Shown piece after piece: positions 12,835 to 26,462 of a stretch of 64,000 nucleotides of DNA. The stretch lies in assembly GCA_951406725.2 (NCBI GenBank), contig OX597818.1, positions 434,001 to 498,000 on the forward strand. The letters run 5' to 3'. Positions within the stretch are counted from its first letter, which is position 1; every line of letters starts with the position of its first letter. A model generated the notes under the pieces. That model did no database searches. It had not been told where the DNA came from and worked only from the letters and a program-made list of their open reading frames with translations. A program made the position numbers and the translations under genes. The stretch comes from Octopus vulgaris (Eukaryota).

Positions 12835-13128
12835 TCTCAGCTGATACGATCAACGGAACAGCCTGCTCGTGAAATTAACGTGCAAGTGACTGAGCAATCC
12901 ACAGACACGTGTACCTCTAACGTAGTTCTCAGGGAGATTTGGTGTGACACATACTGTGACAAGGCCAGCCCTTTGAAATACAGGTACTACTAATTTTTGC
13001 CAGCTGAGTGGACTGGAGCAATGTGAAATAAAGTGTCTTGCTCAAGGACACACTGTGTCACCAGGAATTAAACTCACGACCTTACAATTGCAAGCCAAAT
13101 GCCCTAACCACTAAGCCACGTGCCTCCA
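12835..13128 (-). mobile_element. tRNA-derived CORE-like SINE (related head to 1328-1562)
   Basis: Reverse complement begins GTGGAGGCACGTGGCTTAGTGGTTAGGG, then GTGTCCTTGAGCAAGACACTTTATTTCAC. Confidence 0.75.
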
Positions 13129-13149
13129 CACACACACATATATATACAT

Positions 13150-13184
<35 letters not shown>

Positions 13185-13374
13185 CACAACTTAAATATAG
13201 GATAAAATCTTTATAAGAATTTATCAAGTAGTTGGCGTGAAAAAACCTCATAAGGCAAAAGTTTATTAATTATTCCCTTTATATATATTTATTTATATTA
13301 AGGGTATTACTATACATAAATGCCTCACACTAGGAGGGACTTTTGAAGTCAAAACTACCATAATAAAAACACAC

Positions 13375-13406
<32 letters not shown>

Positions 13407-13412
<6 letters not shown>

Positions 13413-14817
13413 TCAGCTCCCTCTTGTTCATCATAGTTCTTCAGGCAGTAACAGAAGAATTTAATGACCTTGTTTTTATAGCTGAATCACTACCAGAACT
13501 TGAGAGGAAGTTTCAGGTATGGAAGCAAGGTCTAGAATTGAAAGGCCTTAGAGTAAACCTAGTAAGTCTTAGTAAGTAGGAAGGCAGACAAATCACAAAT
13601 CCCTTCAGGTAGATGGTCCTGTTCGATCTGCAGAAAAGGCGTAGGTAGAAACTCTATAAGATGTACCCAGTGTAAGCTATGAACACATAAGAGGTGCAGC
13701 AATATCAGAGGAAGGTTAACAGGGAAATAGTTTTTGTGTGTGGAAGATGCACATGCACAATAAATACCAAAAATGTACAGAAAATAGACTCCATCAACTG
13801 CCAAGGAGGTAAGCTAGGAGTATTAAATAGCTTCCTTTATCTATATGACCAATTTAGTAGCGGAAGTGGATGCTCTGAGAGCGTAACTGTGAGAATAAGA
13901 GTCAGCTGGGAAAAATTCAGAGAGCTCCTACTTTTGGTGGCAACAAAGGGCCTCTCTCTCAGAGTGAAAGGCAGATTGTATGATGCCTATGTGCAAACAG
14001 CTATGCTACATGGCAATGAAACATGGGCTGCAACAGCTGAGGACATGTGTAAGCTTGAAAGAAATGAAGCCAGTATGCTTTGCTGAATGCCAGAGTGTAA
14101 GCATCTTAAGAGAAAAGTTGAGCATAAGAGGCATCAGATATGGTGTGCAAGAGAAACAACTGTGCTGGTATGGTCATGTGATGCACATGGATGAGAACAG
14201 CTGTGTAAAGATGTGCCAATCTCTAACTGTAGAGGGAACCTGTGGAAGAGGTAGACCTAGGAAAACATGGGATGAGATGGTGAAGCATGATCTTCGAACT
14301 CTGGGCCTCACAGAGGCAATGACTAGTGACTGTGACCTTTAGCGATATGTAATGCTTGAAAAGAGGTGTGAAGCTGAGTGAAATTGTAGTTGTGGTCAAT
14401 ACTGGCACCCATGCTGGTGGCACATAAAAAGCACCCTTCGAGCCTTGGGTCTCACGGAGGCAAGGTAGCCAATGCTGGTGGCATGTGAAAAGCACCTTTC
14501 GAGTGTTGGGCCTCATGGAGGCAATAACAAATGATTGAGACCTTTGATATTATGCCATGCTTGAGAAGAAGACACATCAAGCCAAGTAAAATTGTATTTG
14601 TGGAAGATACTGGTGTCACAAAAATGGTACCAGTGCTGGTGGCATGTAAAATCACCCATTATACTCTTGGGGTGGTTGGCATTAGGAAGGGCACCCAGCC
14701 ACAGAAACCATGCCAAATCAGACTGGAATCTGGTGCAGCCTTTCACTTTGCCAGCCCTGGTCAAACAGTCCAACCCATGCCAGCATGGACAACGAATGCT
14801 AAATGATGATGATGATG
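13407..14817 (+). mobile_element. RTE-clade LINE fragment (RT C-terminal half, frameshifted) with 3'UTR and (GAT)n tail
   Basis: ORFs 13694-14086 (WEKFRELL...LRVKGRLYDAYVQTAMLHGNETW) and 13980-14342 (WYGHVMHM...GRGRPRKTW); GATGATGAT tail at ~14804-14817. Confidence 0.9.
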
Positions 14818-15310
14818 TATGTATTTGTGATGATGATGTATATATGTGTGTTTATATATTTATATATGTATGAATATGTATTTGTGTGTATGTACGTTTT
14901 TCACACATATGTACTGATATATAGATATAAATACACAGTAAAGTGCACATTAAAACAATTATGACAATGGTACAAATGCATATATACACACACACAAACT
15001 ATGTATGCTATGTATGTAAAAATATGTGTAAATGTCAGTGTATATTGTCTAAATGGATGCAGGGGTATGAGAAATGACCAAGAGTTCAAGAAGTTGACTT
15101 CACCCAATGCAGTCCCAGGTTAATTACCAGGGCATGGTACCTTAAATAAATATGTGTTGCCAAAGCCTTGCGAGAGAAATTAATTAGATGGAGACCATAC
15201 CAGTCTTGTCACACATACATTCACACTGATTCTACTTGAGAATTACATAAATGGTATGTGTATCTCTGGAACACTCAGCCATGTATATGCTAATCTAATG
15301 GGCAAGTTCT

Positions 15311-15787
15311 ACTGTAACCTCAGGCTGACCAGAGACTTGTGAGTGGATTTGGTAGATGGAAACTGAAATAAGCCCGTTGTGTGTGTGTGTCTTTGTTCCC
15401 TCAACACATACCTGACAATCAATGTCAGTGTGTTTACATCCCCATAACTTAGCAGTTCAGCAAAACAGACTGATAAAATAAGTACCAGGCTGAAAATAAT
15501 GATTTCAAATTTTTACAAGGGCAGCTTGGGAGAGGGGATTAAGTCGATTACATCGACTTCAGTGCTTAACTGGTTCTTATTTAATTGAGCCCCAAAAGAA
15601 TGAAAGGCAAAGTCAACCTCAGCAGAATTTGAATTCAGAATGTAGTAATGGGCGAAATACCGCTATACCAGGCTAAAGATAATAAAAAAAATATAAGAAC
15701 TGAGGTCAGTTCGTTCAAGTAAAATTCTTCAAGGCAGTGCCCTAGCATAACCGCAGTCTAATGACTGAAACAAATAAAAAGATAAAA
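15311..15787 (+). mobile_element. SINE (11545 family) interrupted by an antisense SINE of the 18211 family (~15497-15665)
   Basis: Host SINE breaks after AAGTACCAGGCT and resumes after a second TACCAGGCT (~15666), consistent with a TSD. Confidence 0.7.
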
Positions 15788-16394
15788 CCACTGTACTATA
15801 TCAGCTTCAGTTTGATTAAATAATCTTTTTTTCCAAAAGAAAAGAGATGTGGAGGGGGTGTTTGTAAAACATAATTCAGTGAAAGCATACTGAGTTCCAA
15901 AGGGCTGCGATGGGATGATCAAAAAAAAAAAAAAGAGAAATTGATATCGTAGTACTAAGAAGATAGGATGATCACAATTTCACTGTATTTGAAGTATACA
16001 CTCTTTATGGACTAGCTAGAAAAAATAGCCATCTCACCCTTAAATCACACTTTATGAACATAGATTAGATAAAGTGGTCTAAGGTTAACTGCCGCTTGGA
16101 GAAAAAGACAGAATAATGGTTGGAAGGCCTTCAATTACACTGTGGTTTGATCATAGGCCTATTTGATCATGGGCTAAACAACAGGCAGTTATCTTATCAA
16201 TTACAGGGAGGTGAAAAACAAAGCCGACACCCATGGAATAGAAGAAAACACTGCAAAAATAGTTAATCTGACACTATGGTCTGTTTCTACCCAGTCTGCC
16301 CCACCTTACCCTTTTATTGCCACCACCAACACCACACCCAACATATAAGGTTACAAATGTAACTGATACTAAGCATTTAATGTAATCACAGGGA

Positions 16395-16395
16395 G

Positions 16396-16444
<49 letters not shown>
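16395..16444. repeat. (GA)n microsatellite
   Basis: Direct reading. Confidence 0.95.
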
Positions 16445-16446
<2 letters not shown>

Positions 16447-18210
16447 TGTCATATCACTACAAATTCTTGAGAAGAGACTAAAACATGAAAGGGCTTTTCT
16501 TTTACTTACCACTGAACACAGGAGGGCAGTCATTTTACTAATGTGTGTATGTGTGTGTATGAAAGAATAATTCTGTGTAGAGGACAGAAAAGGGCCCCTG
16601 TTGATCAAGAAGAAACAGCAGCTGTTCTAATATTAAAGAGAGCTAAAGAAGAAAAGAGTCTCAGAAAAAGAAGAGGGAAGGGGTCAGCTAATCTGGTAGG
16701 TGAGTGAGTGAAGTATCACCTTGTCAAACTTGGCTATAATGTCATGCCATCACACCAACACCAAGCTTAATAAAAGATTAAATAAAACAATAGAGAAACA
16801 TATTAAGTCTTGCTCTCTATATTTGGGTCATCCTTTCATGCTAACAAAAATAATTACCTTACTCTCTCTCTCTTTCTCTCTCCCTCTTCCATATATCTAC
16901 TGTCTGTCTTTTTCTGTGTCCTCCTCTCTCTCCCTACTTATTCAATTGTTCTTTTTCACCTCAGATAGCTGACAAACAAAACTAAGTATTTTCAAAGCAC
17001 TTCACCTAATTGTCTTACATTTCACAAACTGAGAAACTGGCTTAAAAAATAGATTTTAACAAATATAAAACACCAATAATCTTAATATCTGATCATTTTT
17101 AAGCATGGCCTTCTTTTATGGCAGTGGTGTTGTACTGAGATTCCCGTCTTTAGTCACCTTTGACTGTCATTAATTATGTCAACAGAGACAAAATAAATAT
17201 TTTCCTTACTAACTCCCTTGAGACACTTCTCATATTTTTGGAGAGAAAAATCTCTCATTTAAAAATCTCCAAACTGAAATTGAAATTTTCTGTCATAATT
17301 TCATGTAAGAACATTTGTTAACTTATACCCTAAACATCAACAATATTCTAAACATCACCTTTCATTTATGTTGCATTTTAAACAACAAACTTTTAAGCCA
17401 TTATATTCTAAACACCAACTTAATAGTGACAAATACTTGCTGTGTGGGTTTATGTGGGGATTAACTTGTTTAATATGGTGAGCCAAGGCAAAAACAAATT
17501 AACATTTCACATATAATGGAAAGAAAATGATAAACATTTATGATAATTCTTGCCAAGAAAGGCAAGAACTCCCAAATTCAAATTGATTTAAAATACACTG
17601 GGGGACCAAATGACTGATCTTTTGTAAATACGGAGACAATTCTAAACATGTTTCACTGTTATTAAATCTCCTCTACATTTACAAAACCTTAAAATGAATT
17701 AGAAAATTTAGATCTTGAGAGAAAAACAAACTTCTGACATCATCATCATCATTTAATGTCCATCTTCCATGCAGGCATTGGTTGGATGGTTCAACAGGAA
17801 CCAACAAATCTAAGAAATTGATTGTGCTCCACAGTCTCCTTAAGTATGTTTTTCTATGACTAGATGCCCTTCCTAGCACCAAAAGTATACAATATATATC
17901 AGGTGCTTTGTGGGGTGGGCACCAGCACTAGCGAGTTCCCCATGCAACTAACTAGCAAGACTACTAACTCCGAGAGAGGTAGCTTCATGGTAGAAGGTGA
18001 GGGGCCAGATGAAAATCAATTTCTTGCTGAAAAGGGGCCACATGTCAATGCATATTTCAGAAGAGAGGAGGTGGATGATTAGGATGGGGCTAGAAAGAGA
18101 TAAAAATAAAGTTGATGAGATGTCTGTGTAGACTCTCAAAGTACAAGGTGAATAGAAGTAATGAGGGCAAAAGAACCAGGGAGTGTGGGTGGGTGAAGGG
18201 TGAATATAAT

Positions 18211-18424
18211 TCTTTTCTACTCTATGCACAAGGCCTGAAATTTTTGGAGAGGGGTCCAGTTGATTAGATTGAGCCCAGTACACAACTGGTACTTAATTTA
18301 TTGATCCCAAAAGGATGAAAGGCAAAGCCAACCTTGGCAGAATTTGAACTCAGAATGTAAAGGCAGACGAAATACCGCTAAGCATTTCACCCGATGTGCT
18401 AACGTTTCTGCCAGTTTGCCACCA
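18211..18424 (-). mobile_element. Full-length tRNA-derived SINE with 17 bp target-site duplication
   Basis: TGAAGGGTGAATATAAT at 18194-18210 and 18425-18441; B box GAGTTCAAATTC on the minus strand. Confidence 0.9.
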
Positions 18425-19575
18425 TGAAGGGTGAATATAATGAATGAATGAAGAACAAGTGCTGAGTGGATAATGAGTAACGGATAAAGTTTCTGCTGAG
18501 AAAGTTAAGTGTTAACTCACATTATATACACTTGCTCTTATATATAACTTTTACTGTTGTATGGTATCAAGAATTAATGACATTATTTTTCACCATTCTC
18601 TCACTTGATTGGGATCTTCATTTTTTTCTTATTTTTTTAATTTTTCCATGATGTAAATTGCATTTTATGTTTCTGTCTGTGATGGCAAAGAACTTACAAA
18701 CAGAAATCTGTGATTCTTATAAAGACACGAAGTCTGTTAATTAATTACAAGAAAACAGAATGAGATTCTGCAATTATATTCAGAATATTTATTGTGCACA
18801 AGAAAAACAAAAACACAGTTCTGATAATGGACAGAGTCAACAACTATTGAAAAGGTTGCAAAATGCAATGAAAATTTTTAGTAAAAACAAATAAGTTAAT
18901 GAGTGGAAATCAGACCAGTGAGTGTGTTAAACTAATAAGGCACTAAAAGAGAATTATTCTAATTAGATTCTTATTTAATGAACAATTAAATGACCATTTC
19001 TTTACAGTTGAAAGTTACAATAACATCAACACTACATTTTGATGTTGTTTAGACTCAGGTCAGCCATGAATGAACAACCCTATGATCAAAGACATTCCAA
19101 CCATGACCATCTAAATTTCAAACACAGAATAATGTACTTCTAGATGTACTACACATCCTTCCTTTTTTAAGATTGATGGGTGTCATTTGAAGCAGATTTA
19201 GCTGTTACTTGTAGCAGTCCAAACAACCACATGGAGGTTCCATTGTTCATGTCATCAAGTGTCATACTTCAATATACATCAGACCAGATTTGAAGAAGTA
19301 ATGTTTAATTCTGCACTAAGGATAATAACACACTTACCCACTAAGCCACCAGCACAAGTGCAACTAGTTGCACATGAACATTATTGCCCTTAGTTGTGTA
19401 TTAAAAGTACCTAGTTCAAATCCAGTCTGACACATTTACATCTTATGATGATGACTATGATCTGGAATCAAACTGTTTGGAACATAATATTGTTTTAAAA
19501 CTATTTCATCTATGAACAATTATAATTGTAATAACAATATTTCAATCAAGGCATTTTGAATATTTCATTACTTAC

Positions 19576-19698
19576 CATGAAGAAAGTTTAAAGGAACCAT
19601 AGATATACGGCAGTCAGGCATAGCACTTTTAATCATTTTAGCTTCTTGAGGGTGATTGAAGCGAAAGTAATTGGAACGCCCAAGACATAACATGCTCC
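19576..19698 (-). CDS. PHLDB1: Internal coding exon of a PHLDB/LL5-like gene (end of FHA domain): (G)SMLCLGRSNYFRFNHPQEAKMIKSAMPDCRISMVPLNFLH
   Basis: Acceptor ttttaaaacag, donor G|gtaagt, 123 nt, phase 1-1. Continues the exon at 61419-61601 in frame. Resembles PHLDB1 QGCMLCLGQSTFLRFNHPAEAKWMKS. The specific paralog is not resolvable. Confidence 0.9.
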
Positions 19699-20139
19699 CT
19701 GTTTTAAAAGAAGACAGGAATATATATAATTTAACAAACAAAACAGCAGAAGTGATGCTACATAATAAGATACCAAATGTAATTATTTTAAATAAATTGT
19801 TAATATTACAACAGCAATCATTAGTGACAATAATAATGACACAAAATAGATATTTGTATTTTTTTTTAATTAGTAAGGGAAGCTAAAGCACTGTGGACAT
19901 TACATTGGTCATCACAGACTGGTTATCCTCATTGAGTGTCAAGCTCTCTAGGTCAATGTAACAGAGAGAGTGATTTCATCAGGATGGTAGTGATAGGGAG
20001 GAATAATTAATAAGAATACTTGATGTAGGATCTGAGATGACATGAAAAAACATAAAAGACAGATGTATCTGGTGAAGAGTGAGAAGGTGGGGAGCTATAC
20101 AGTTTTGAAGGTCAGATGAACAGTGGCTGTTGTAATAAT

Positions 20140-20750
20140 GGTAACAGAAACAGAGATCTGTCAATATCTTCTGGAATCGCCTCAAGTAAAGCAAATTTAT
20201 TCTTCAGTTCCATAATAAATTTGCTTTTGATTGTTTGATTTTGTAGTTTACAAGTGTCATATTTTGTTTTTGTCTTTGTCTTGTACAAGTGTTTTCTAAG
20301 TTTCAGCTTCACTTGTGACCTTAAAAGCTGATGATCACTTGCAACATCAGCGCCTCTCATGACCTGGGTGGCTTTTATTGATGAGCAGTATTTACATTTG
20401 ACAAGTGTGTGATCAATTTGATTTGATGTTCTTTTATCTGGAGAGATCCAGGTGTTTTTGTGAAGGTCCTTGTGTGGGAATATAGTTCCAGTAACGATGA
20501 GATCATTCATCCCACAGAATTCTACAAGCCTTCTGCCATTACTGTTCATAATTCCTGTTCCATGTTTACCCATTATTCTCTCATTCCCCTAATTATTTGC
20601 TCCAACCATGGCATTCATATCACCAGTTACTATGACCATATCATGTTTGTGCACATTCTCGACCACAGTTTGCAGTTGTTCATAGAAGGTGTCTTTCACC
20701 TCATCCTCTGCATCTATTGTAGGTGCATACCCATGGATGACTGTTAGTTT
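20140..20750 (-). mobile_element. RTE-clade LINE AP-endonuclease fragment
   Basis: ORF 20112-20573 GKHGTGIMNSNGRRLVEFC...FPHK..HKNTWISPD...NQIDH...RGADVASDH; upstream YAPT and GDMNA motifs. Confidence 0.88.
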
Positions 20751-20939
20751 AAAGAAATTGGGGAAATTCCCTATGCAGGAATTCTAGTTTTCAAATACAT
20801 TTCTGATATAAGTGTGTGTGTGTATGTACAATGCGTGAGTGTGTGTATTTGTGTCTCCTTGCCTTGACAGCACATGATATCTGTAAATGAGAGTTACTGT
20901 TACACAAGTGTCGTCCATTTTCAATATTCTGCATAGACA

Positions 20940-21154
20940 AGGCGGAGAGCTGGCAGAAACGTTAGCACGCAGGGCGAAATGCTTAGCGGTATTTCATGTG
21001 TCTTTACGTTGTGAGTTCAAATTTTGCTGAGGTCAACTTTACTTTTCATCCTTTCGGGTTCAATAAATTACATACCAGATGCATACTGGGGTCGATCTAA
21101 TTGACTGGCCCCCTCCTCCAAAAAGTTTCGGGCCTTGTGTCTAGAGTAGAACAG
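20940..21154 (+). mobile_element. Full-length tRNA-derived SINE with 17 bp TSD, nested in an older repeat
   Basis: Starts AGGCGGAGAGCTGGCAGAAACGTTAGC; TSD AATATT(C/T)TGCATAGACA at 20923-20939 and 21155-21171. Confidence 0.88.
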
Positions 21155-21305
21155 AATATTTTGCATAGACATGACAGCCTGTGGAGAAATATCAGCTTGT
21201 TTGGAACCAGGTGAAGGTTGCTGACATAAAGGGTATCTGGCCACAGAAACATCTGTTTCAAATTCTGTCCAATCATGCCAGGATGGAAAAGTGAACATTA
21301 AACCA

Positions 21306-21337
<32 letters not shown>

Positions 21338-21339
21338 AC

Positions 21340-21700
21340 AAGTGCGAATGTGTGGTAGGAAGTTTGCTTCCTAACCACATGGTTCCAGGTTCAGTCCTAC
21401 TGTGTGGCACCGTGGGGAAGTGTCATCTACTATAGCCTTGGACAGACCAACCAAAGCAGTGTGAGTGAAACTGAAAGAAACCCATCATATATATATAAGT
21501 ATGTGTGTGTCTGTGTTTGTCCCTCACCCCTGCGTGACAACTAATGTTGATGTTTTTACATTCCCATAGCCTACCATGTTGGCAAAAGAGTCTGATAGAA
21601 TAAGTACTAGGCTTAAAAAAGACTAGTCCTAGAGTCAATTTGTTTGATTAAAACACTTCAAGGATGGCCGCAGTCAAAATGACTGAAACAAGTAAAAGAA
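21340..21700 (+). mobile_element. tRNA-derived SINE (11545 family)
   Basis: AACCACATGGTTCCAGGTTCAGTCC ... GACTGAAACAAGTAAAAGA. Confidence 0.8.
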
Positions 21701-21730
21701 AAAAAAAATATACACGTGTGTGTGTGTATA

Positions 21731-22589
21731 CAGGGTACGGTGAATAAATTGTCTAAATTATGCAAAAATGAAAATAACAGACATCTCACTGTAACAGATA
21801 TATTTACCAAAATTACATAAAAATACCTTGAAATACTAAAGAGTAAATTTATTCAATAAAATCACTATGCTTCAACCACAGCCTCCAGACAACTTCGGAA
21901 TCTCCTGCAACTCTTTTGGATGGTCTCCTTGTTTAAGTTGGTGAATGCTGCCATAATCCTTGCCTTCTGTTCATGTTTGGTCTTACAAGGAGTTTTGTTG
22001 GTCGCTCAACAGTACCCAACACATAATAATCAAGAGGATTGCAGTCTGGGGTGTAAGGTGGCCAGATGTTAGGGGTGATGCGGTCACAGAAATTGTCTGA
22101 CAGCTATGTCTGGGTTCTCCTACTTGCATAACATGGTGCAGAGTCCTGTTGCCAGACATAGGGTCATCCAGCAGCCTCCCTCTTGACCCAGGGCAGCACT
22201 ACCTCCTCCAGGCATTTGATGTAGGCCTTCATGTTGAGTCTGAGGCTGTGTAGGAAGATGAATGGAAGCATAACATCACCATCACTTGTGATCACTCCAG
22301 ACACCTTCATAATCACCATTAGACTCATCCAACTCTTTCCGAATCCTCAGCACTGTCCTTAGATTGACACCCAAACACTCTAAAATGTTTGTATTGGAGC
22401 TTCTAGTGTGAATGCCAAGCAGTACAGCATGTCATTTCCAAATTTCTGGCAGAGTGAATTGCGTCATGATACGGTTTTTCTCATAGGCAGTGCCCAACTG
22501 ACCCAGTACACTGTGTAGTCAACAAAATCAAAAACAATGCAAATGCGTGGAATTAAAAATATAAAAGTGACAATTTACCCATCACACTG
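21731..22589 (-). mobile_element. Tc1/mariner DD37D (maT-type) transposon, internally deleted and defective
   Basis: Imperfect TIRs CAGGGTACGGTGAATAAATTGTC / rc CAGTGTGATGGGTAAATTGTC. Minus frame YVWQQDSAPC...WPPYTPDCNPLDYYV has 37 residues between the two D; C-terminus ARIMAAFTNLNKETIQKSCRRFRSCLEAVVEA. Confidence 0.88.
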
Positions 22590-23252
22590 TGTGTGTGTGT
22601 GTGTGTGTGTGTATACATGTAGATATGTATACATATTTTCACGTCTAGAAACCAGTTGCTTAATAGTAACCAGTAATAGGTCCTAAGATGTCAACACCTT
22701 TACAAAAGGACATTCAAATACTTCCATTGAAAGGATTTTTAATTAAGCACCAAATAAATAGGAAGTGCCTGAGTTTACATGGTAACTATCAGTATAATAT
22801 CTAGTTTGCCTATATCAAGTACTAATCAGTATCCCCCACCCCATACTGAATACTACATATTTGAAAGTTCTTGAAAGATATAATTTCAGAATGACATTGT
22901 AGGATAGGTGTGAGAAGCCAGATCTGGCCAGTTTAAATGCTAATGGGTTAACTTATATCTGAATTAGTGACTGGTAACTGTATGCAATATCTGAAACTCA
23001 CTAATTCCTAATCCACCTAAGGCTAGTGTTTAAAAAAGAAATACACTTCAACCTAATTAAAGGTCTAGTATTCTCGATTTGAAATTCAAACCTAGAGTCA
23101 GCCTAGGGTCAACCTCATAGCAGTTTTTATAGCCATATCAGGTTTCTAAATCTTTCTCTCTCATTCTTTTCATTCAAAAACTATAGTAACTGAACAAAAT
23201 AATGCTAGCTAAGCCTAGTTCATTTCAAACCACATAAGCGGACAGGCATTAA

Positions 23253-24336
23253 CCCTTTCGTTACTATATTTCTGACCAAAATACACCCCTTATGTGTTTC
23301 AATTAATTTCTAACATAATCATAAATTTAGTCTGGTTTCATTAAACAACTATAACTTTTTTATTTATCAATATATTAATGTGATTTTTTGAAGATAATTT
23401 AATGAAAAGTTCTCAACCAATTCTATACTATAATTTTTGTCTCAAAGTGACTCTAATTGCAGGTAGATACAGGAAAATTCAACAAAATATAAAATTATTA
23501 AAATTTTGTTCAAACATCGCTATAGAAAATGGGTTATTAGCTAATATTCAATTGGGTATACAACAAAATTTTATGATAGAATTTGTTATTCTGGGTAACT
23601 TTCTGATACCCATAATAATATTTATGGCAAAATAGTCTTAATTTCATTTAAGGTTGTGGGAAACCACTAACTATCCTTTCTTTCGCTTTGTTTACATTTA
23701 GCGAAACGGTTCGTTTCCGCCGTAATGATTTCAAATAGGCTCATTCAAAAAAGTAAAAAGAAATAGTCTAAGGCTTTACTCTCCTGGGAAAGTCTGTGGC
23801 TTGGTCCAGTTTCTTCAGAAAAATCACCGAAAGAAACAGTTTTTAAATTTTCACTCCATTCAGGTGCCAATTCATTTTCTTTATCGCTGTCGGAGCTCTC
23901 GGATTCATTGTTTTCACTTTCGGAAAATGAAACATCAGATTCATTATCAAATACCACGTGCTTTTTTTTCAGTCATAGAGTTAGATTTATCAAGGTCTTC
24001 AGTAGAAAACCCTTCGAATTCTGACTCGCTGCTTGATATAATGAAATTCGTATCCATTTTTTGTCAGAATTACAAATTTTGAAAAAACAATAGGAACAAA
24101 TTTTGGAAAAAAATCTCCCAAAATTCATGGAATTAAAATTACACTTCGATCGTTGTACAAAACTGTAGATGAACTGTTTACGAACTATAATCAGTGTTTT
24201 CACGAATGTACTAAAGAAATTTGCTCTGATATTCTCATTTAAATATGAATAGGTAAATATGGGCGGGTTTGGGCGGCTTGGTCACATTAACCAAAATTTT
24301 TTTCGGGCGGCTTTGGGTGGTTTGGTAACGAAAGGG
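23253..24336 (-). mobile_element. Non-autonomous piggyBac deletion derivative retaining the acidic N-terminus of the transposase
   Basis: TTAA TSDs (23249-23252, 24337-24340), TIR CCCTTTCGTTAC. Minus frames MDTNFIISSSESEFEGFS..., EWSENL...FSEETGP...ALDYF and EIITAETNRFA are PGBD4-like. Confidence 0.9.
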
Positions 24337-24639
24337 TTAAATAAAGTTGTGTAGACTAATAACCAGTTGAAAGTAGCTGGATGCAAATGCAATTTCTAAG
24401 ATGTCTATACAGCAGAAACACACATTGGATTAATTTAAACTAAATATGTTGAATAACTGACTATAGCTATAAAAGAATATGCAGATGTATTTATCTTCAT
24501 ATTTTGTCTTGGATATACACTCAGTAAAATATCTATAATCCAGTGAAGCGAACCCAGGAGTTATCCAGCGGATGAAATATATTGGGATTGTCTACCTCAA
24601 GTAATCCTAGGTGCTTGTTACAACTCAATGTGTTGAGCC

Positions 24640-24680
<41 letters not shown>

Positions 24681-24689
24681 TGCATGTAA

Positions 24690-25010
24690 GGACCCCCTTC
24701 AGTCACAAATGATTATGGGATTGTACCTAGAAAGTTCCCCTCCAAGGTACAAGACCAAGGCAGGTTGTTTTTGTGGAAGACTAGCAGTCATCCATGCATA
24801 CACTCTCCATGCCACAGATGTCCAAGGGAAAGCAAAGGCCAATACAACTTGGTACCAGTGTTGCAACTCATTTATCCAGTTGATTGAACTGGAGCAATGT
24901 GAAATAAAGTGTCTTGGTCAAAAACACAACTCACAGCCCAGTCAGGGAATTGTACTCACAACCTCACAATTGTAAACCTGACATTCTAACTACTGAGACA
25001 TGTGCTTTCA
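24690..25010 (-). mobile_element. Decayed CORE-like tRNA SINE
   Basis: CTGGAGCAATGTGAAATAAAGTGTCTTG shared with 13013-13040. Confidence 0.6.
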
Positions 25011-25403
25011 CATACACACACACATGCGCGCGTGTATGTGTGTGTGTAGGCAGACAGACAGACAGATAGTTTCCATTACCAAGTCCACACACAATGCTTT
25101 GGTCAACCAAGAACTATGCAGTGGGACTGAACTCAAAACCATGTGGTTGGGAAGCAAACATTTTACCACACAGGAATGCAGACATAAAATTAATAAAAAG
25201 AATTATCAGTTTCTCAGGAAATAACACTCAGTTTAAGTTGTGCCCTCCATCTGCTAAAATCTTGAGGAAGTTGAAAATTTGACAACTGACATCTGTTTAG
25301 GAAGTTTGGCATAGGTAGTTTACTGAATAATTTGGTAAGGTGCCAACATTATATTGCATGCTGCAAATGTAAACGGAAGTTTACAAAACAATAAATAAAT
25401 AAA

Positions 25404-25790
25404 TAGGCACAGATGTAGCTGTGTGGTAAGAAGCTTGTTTCCCAACCACATGGTTCACAGTTCAGTTCCACTGCATGGCACTTTGGGCAAGAGTCTTCTA
25501 CTATAGCCTCTGGCCAACCAAAACCTTGTGAGTGTATTTGGTAGACAGAAACTGAAAAAAACCCACCATGTGTGTGTGTGTATCTGCATATGTCTTTGTG
25601 TTTGTGTTTGTACCCCACCACCACTTGACAACCGGTGTTGGGTATTTTATGTCCCCATAACTTAGTGGTTCAATAAAAGAGACCAATAGAATAAATACCA
25701 AGCTTAAAAAAAAGTACTGGGATCGCTTCATTTAACTAAAAATCTTTAAAGGTGGTGCCCCAGCATGGCTGCAAGTAGAAGATAAAATAA
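25404..25790 (+). mobile_element. tRNA-derived SINE (11545 family)
   Basis: GGCACAGATGTAGCTGTGTGGTAAGAAGCTTG ... GGTGGTGCCCCAGCATGGCTGCA. Confidence 0.85.
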
Positions 25791-26462
25791 ATAAAAGAGA
25801 ATAAAAAGGTTGCATCACACCACATAACTTATTGTCTATTTTAAACTTCATTCTACATTCTCTCTCAAAACTTCCACATGCAATAATGGGTGTGTCCCGG
25901 CTCTTGATTAAAATGACTTCTTTAAATTGATCTATATTGAGTATATTGAAGAATTGCTCATGATTTTTTTATGCTTTACAGTGTCTCAATGACTGTTAGA
26001 ATAAACAATTATTGTTTGCTCAAATCAAAGATCCAGTCCCAAAGTTTATTATAAAGCTTCCACCATAAGCCAGTCAGTGGTGTTAAACAAGGAGACCCAT
26101 TAAATCAACCACTCACCAACATACACAGTCCACTCACAAGCTATGGCAGAAGACATTTGGCTAAGGTGCTGTGTAGTGGAACCATGAAAAGTAAACTGCT
26201 TAACCACATGGCTACACTAATATCAATATACTGCTGCTACTTGAAGTTGTAAAATGATTAACAGGTTGTTTAATAACAATTTAAATTCAGTGCCTTGATG
26301 ACCTAAGTTCAAATTCTGTTGGAACAATCTTTGACTTCCAAAGAGGGCACTAAAAATGTATTAGTTTCCCTTCAACTGTTTCCAACCACATTCTAACCAC
26401 GTTAGTTTACAACTGAATTCTGATTTGACTTTACAAATCAGCATTCATCTACAAGGTAATAA

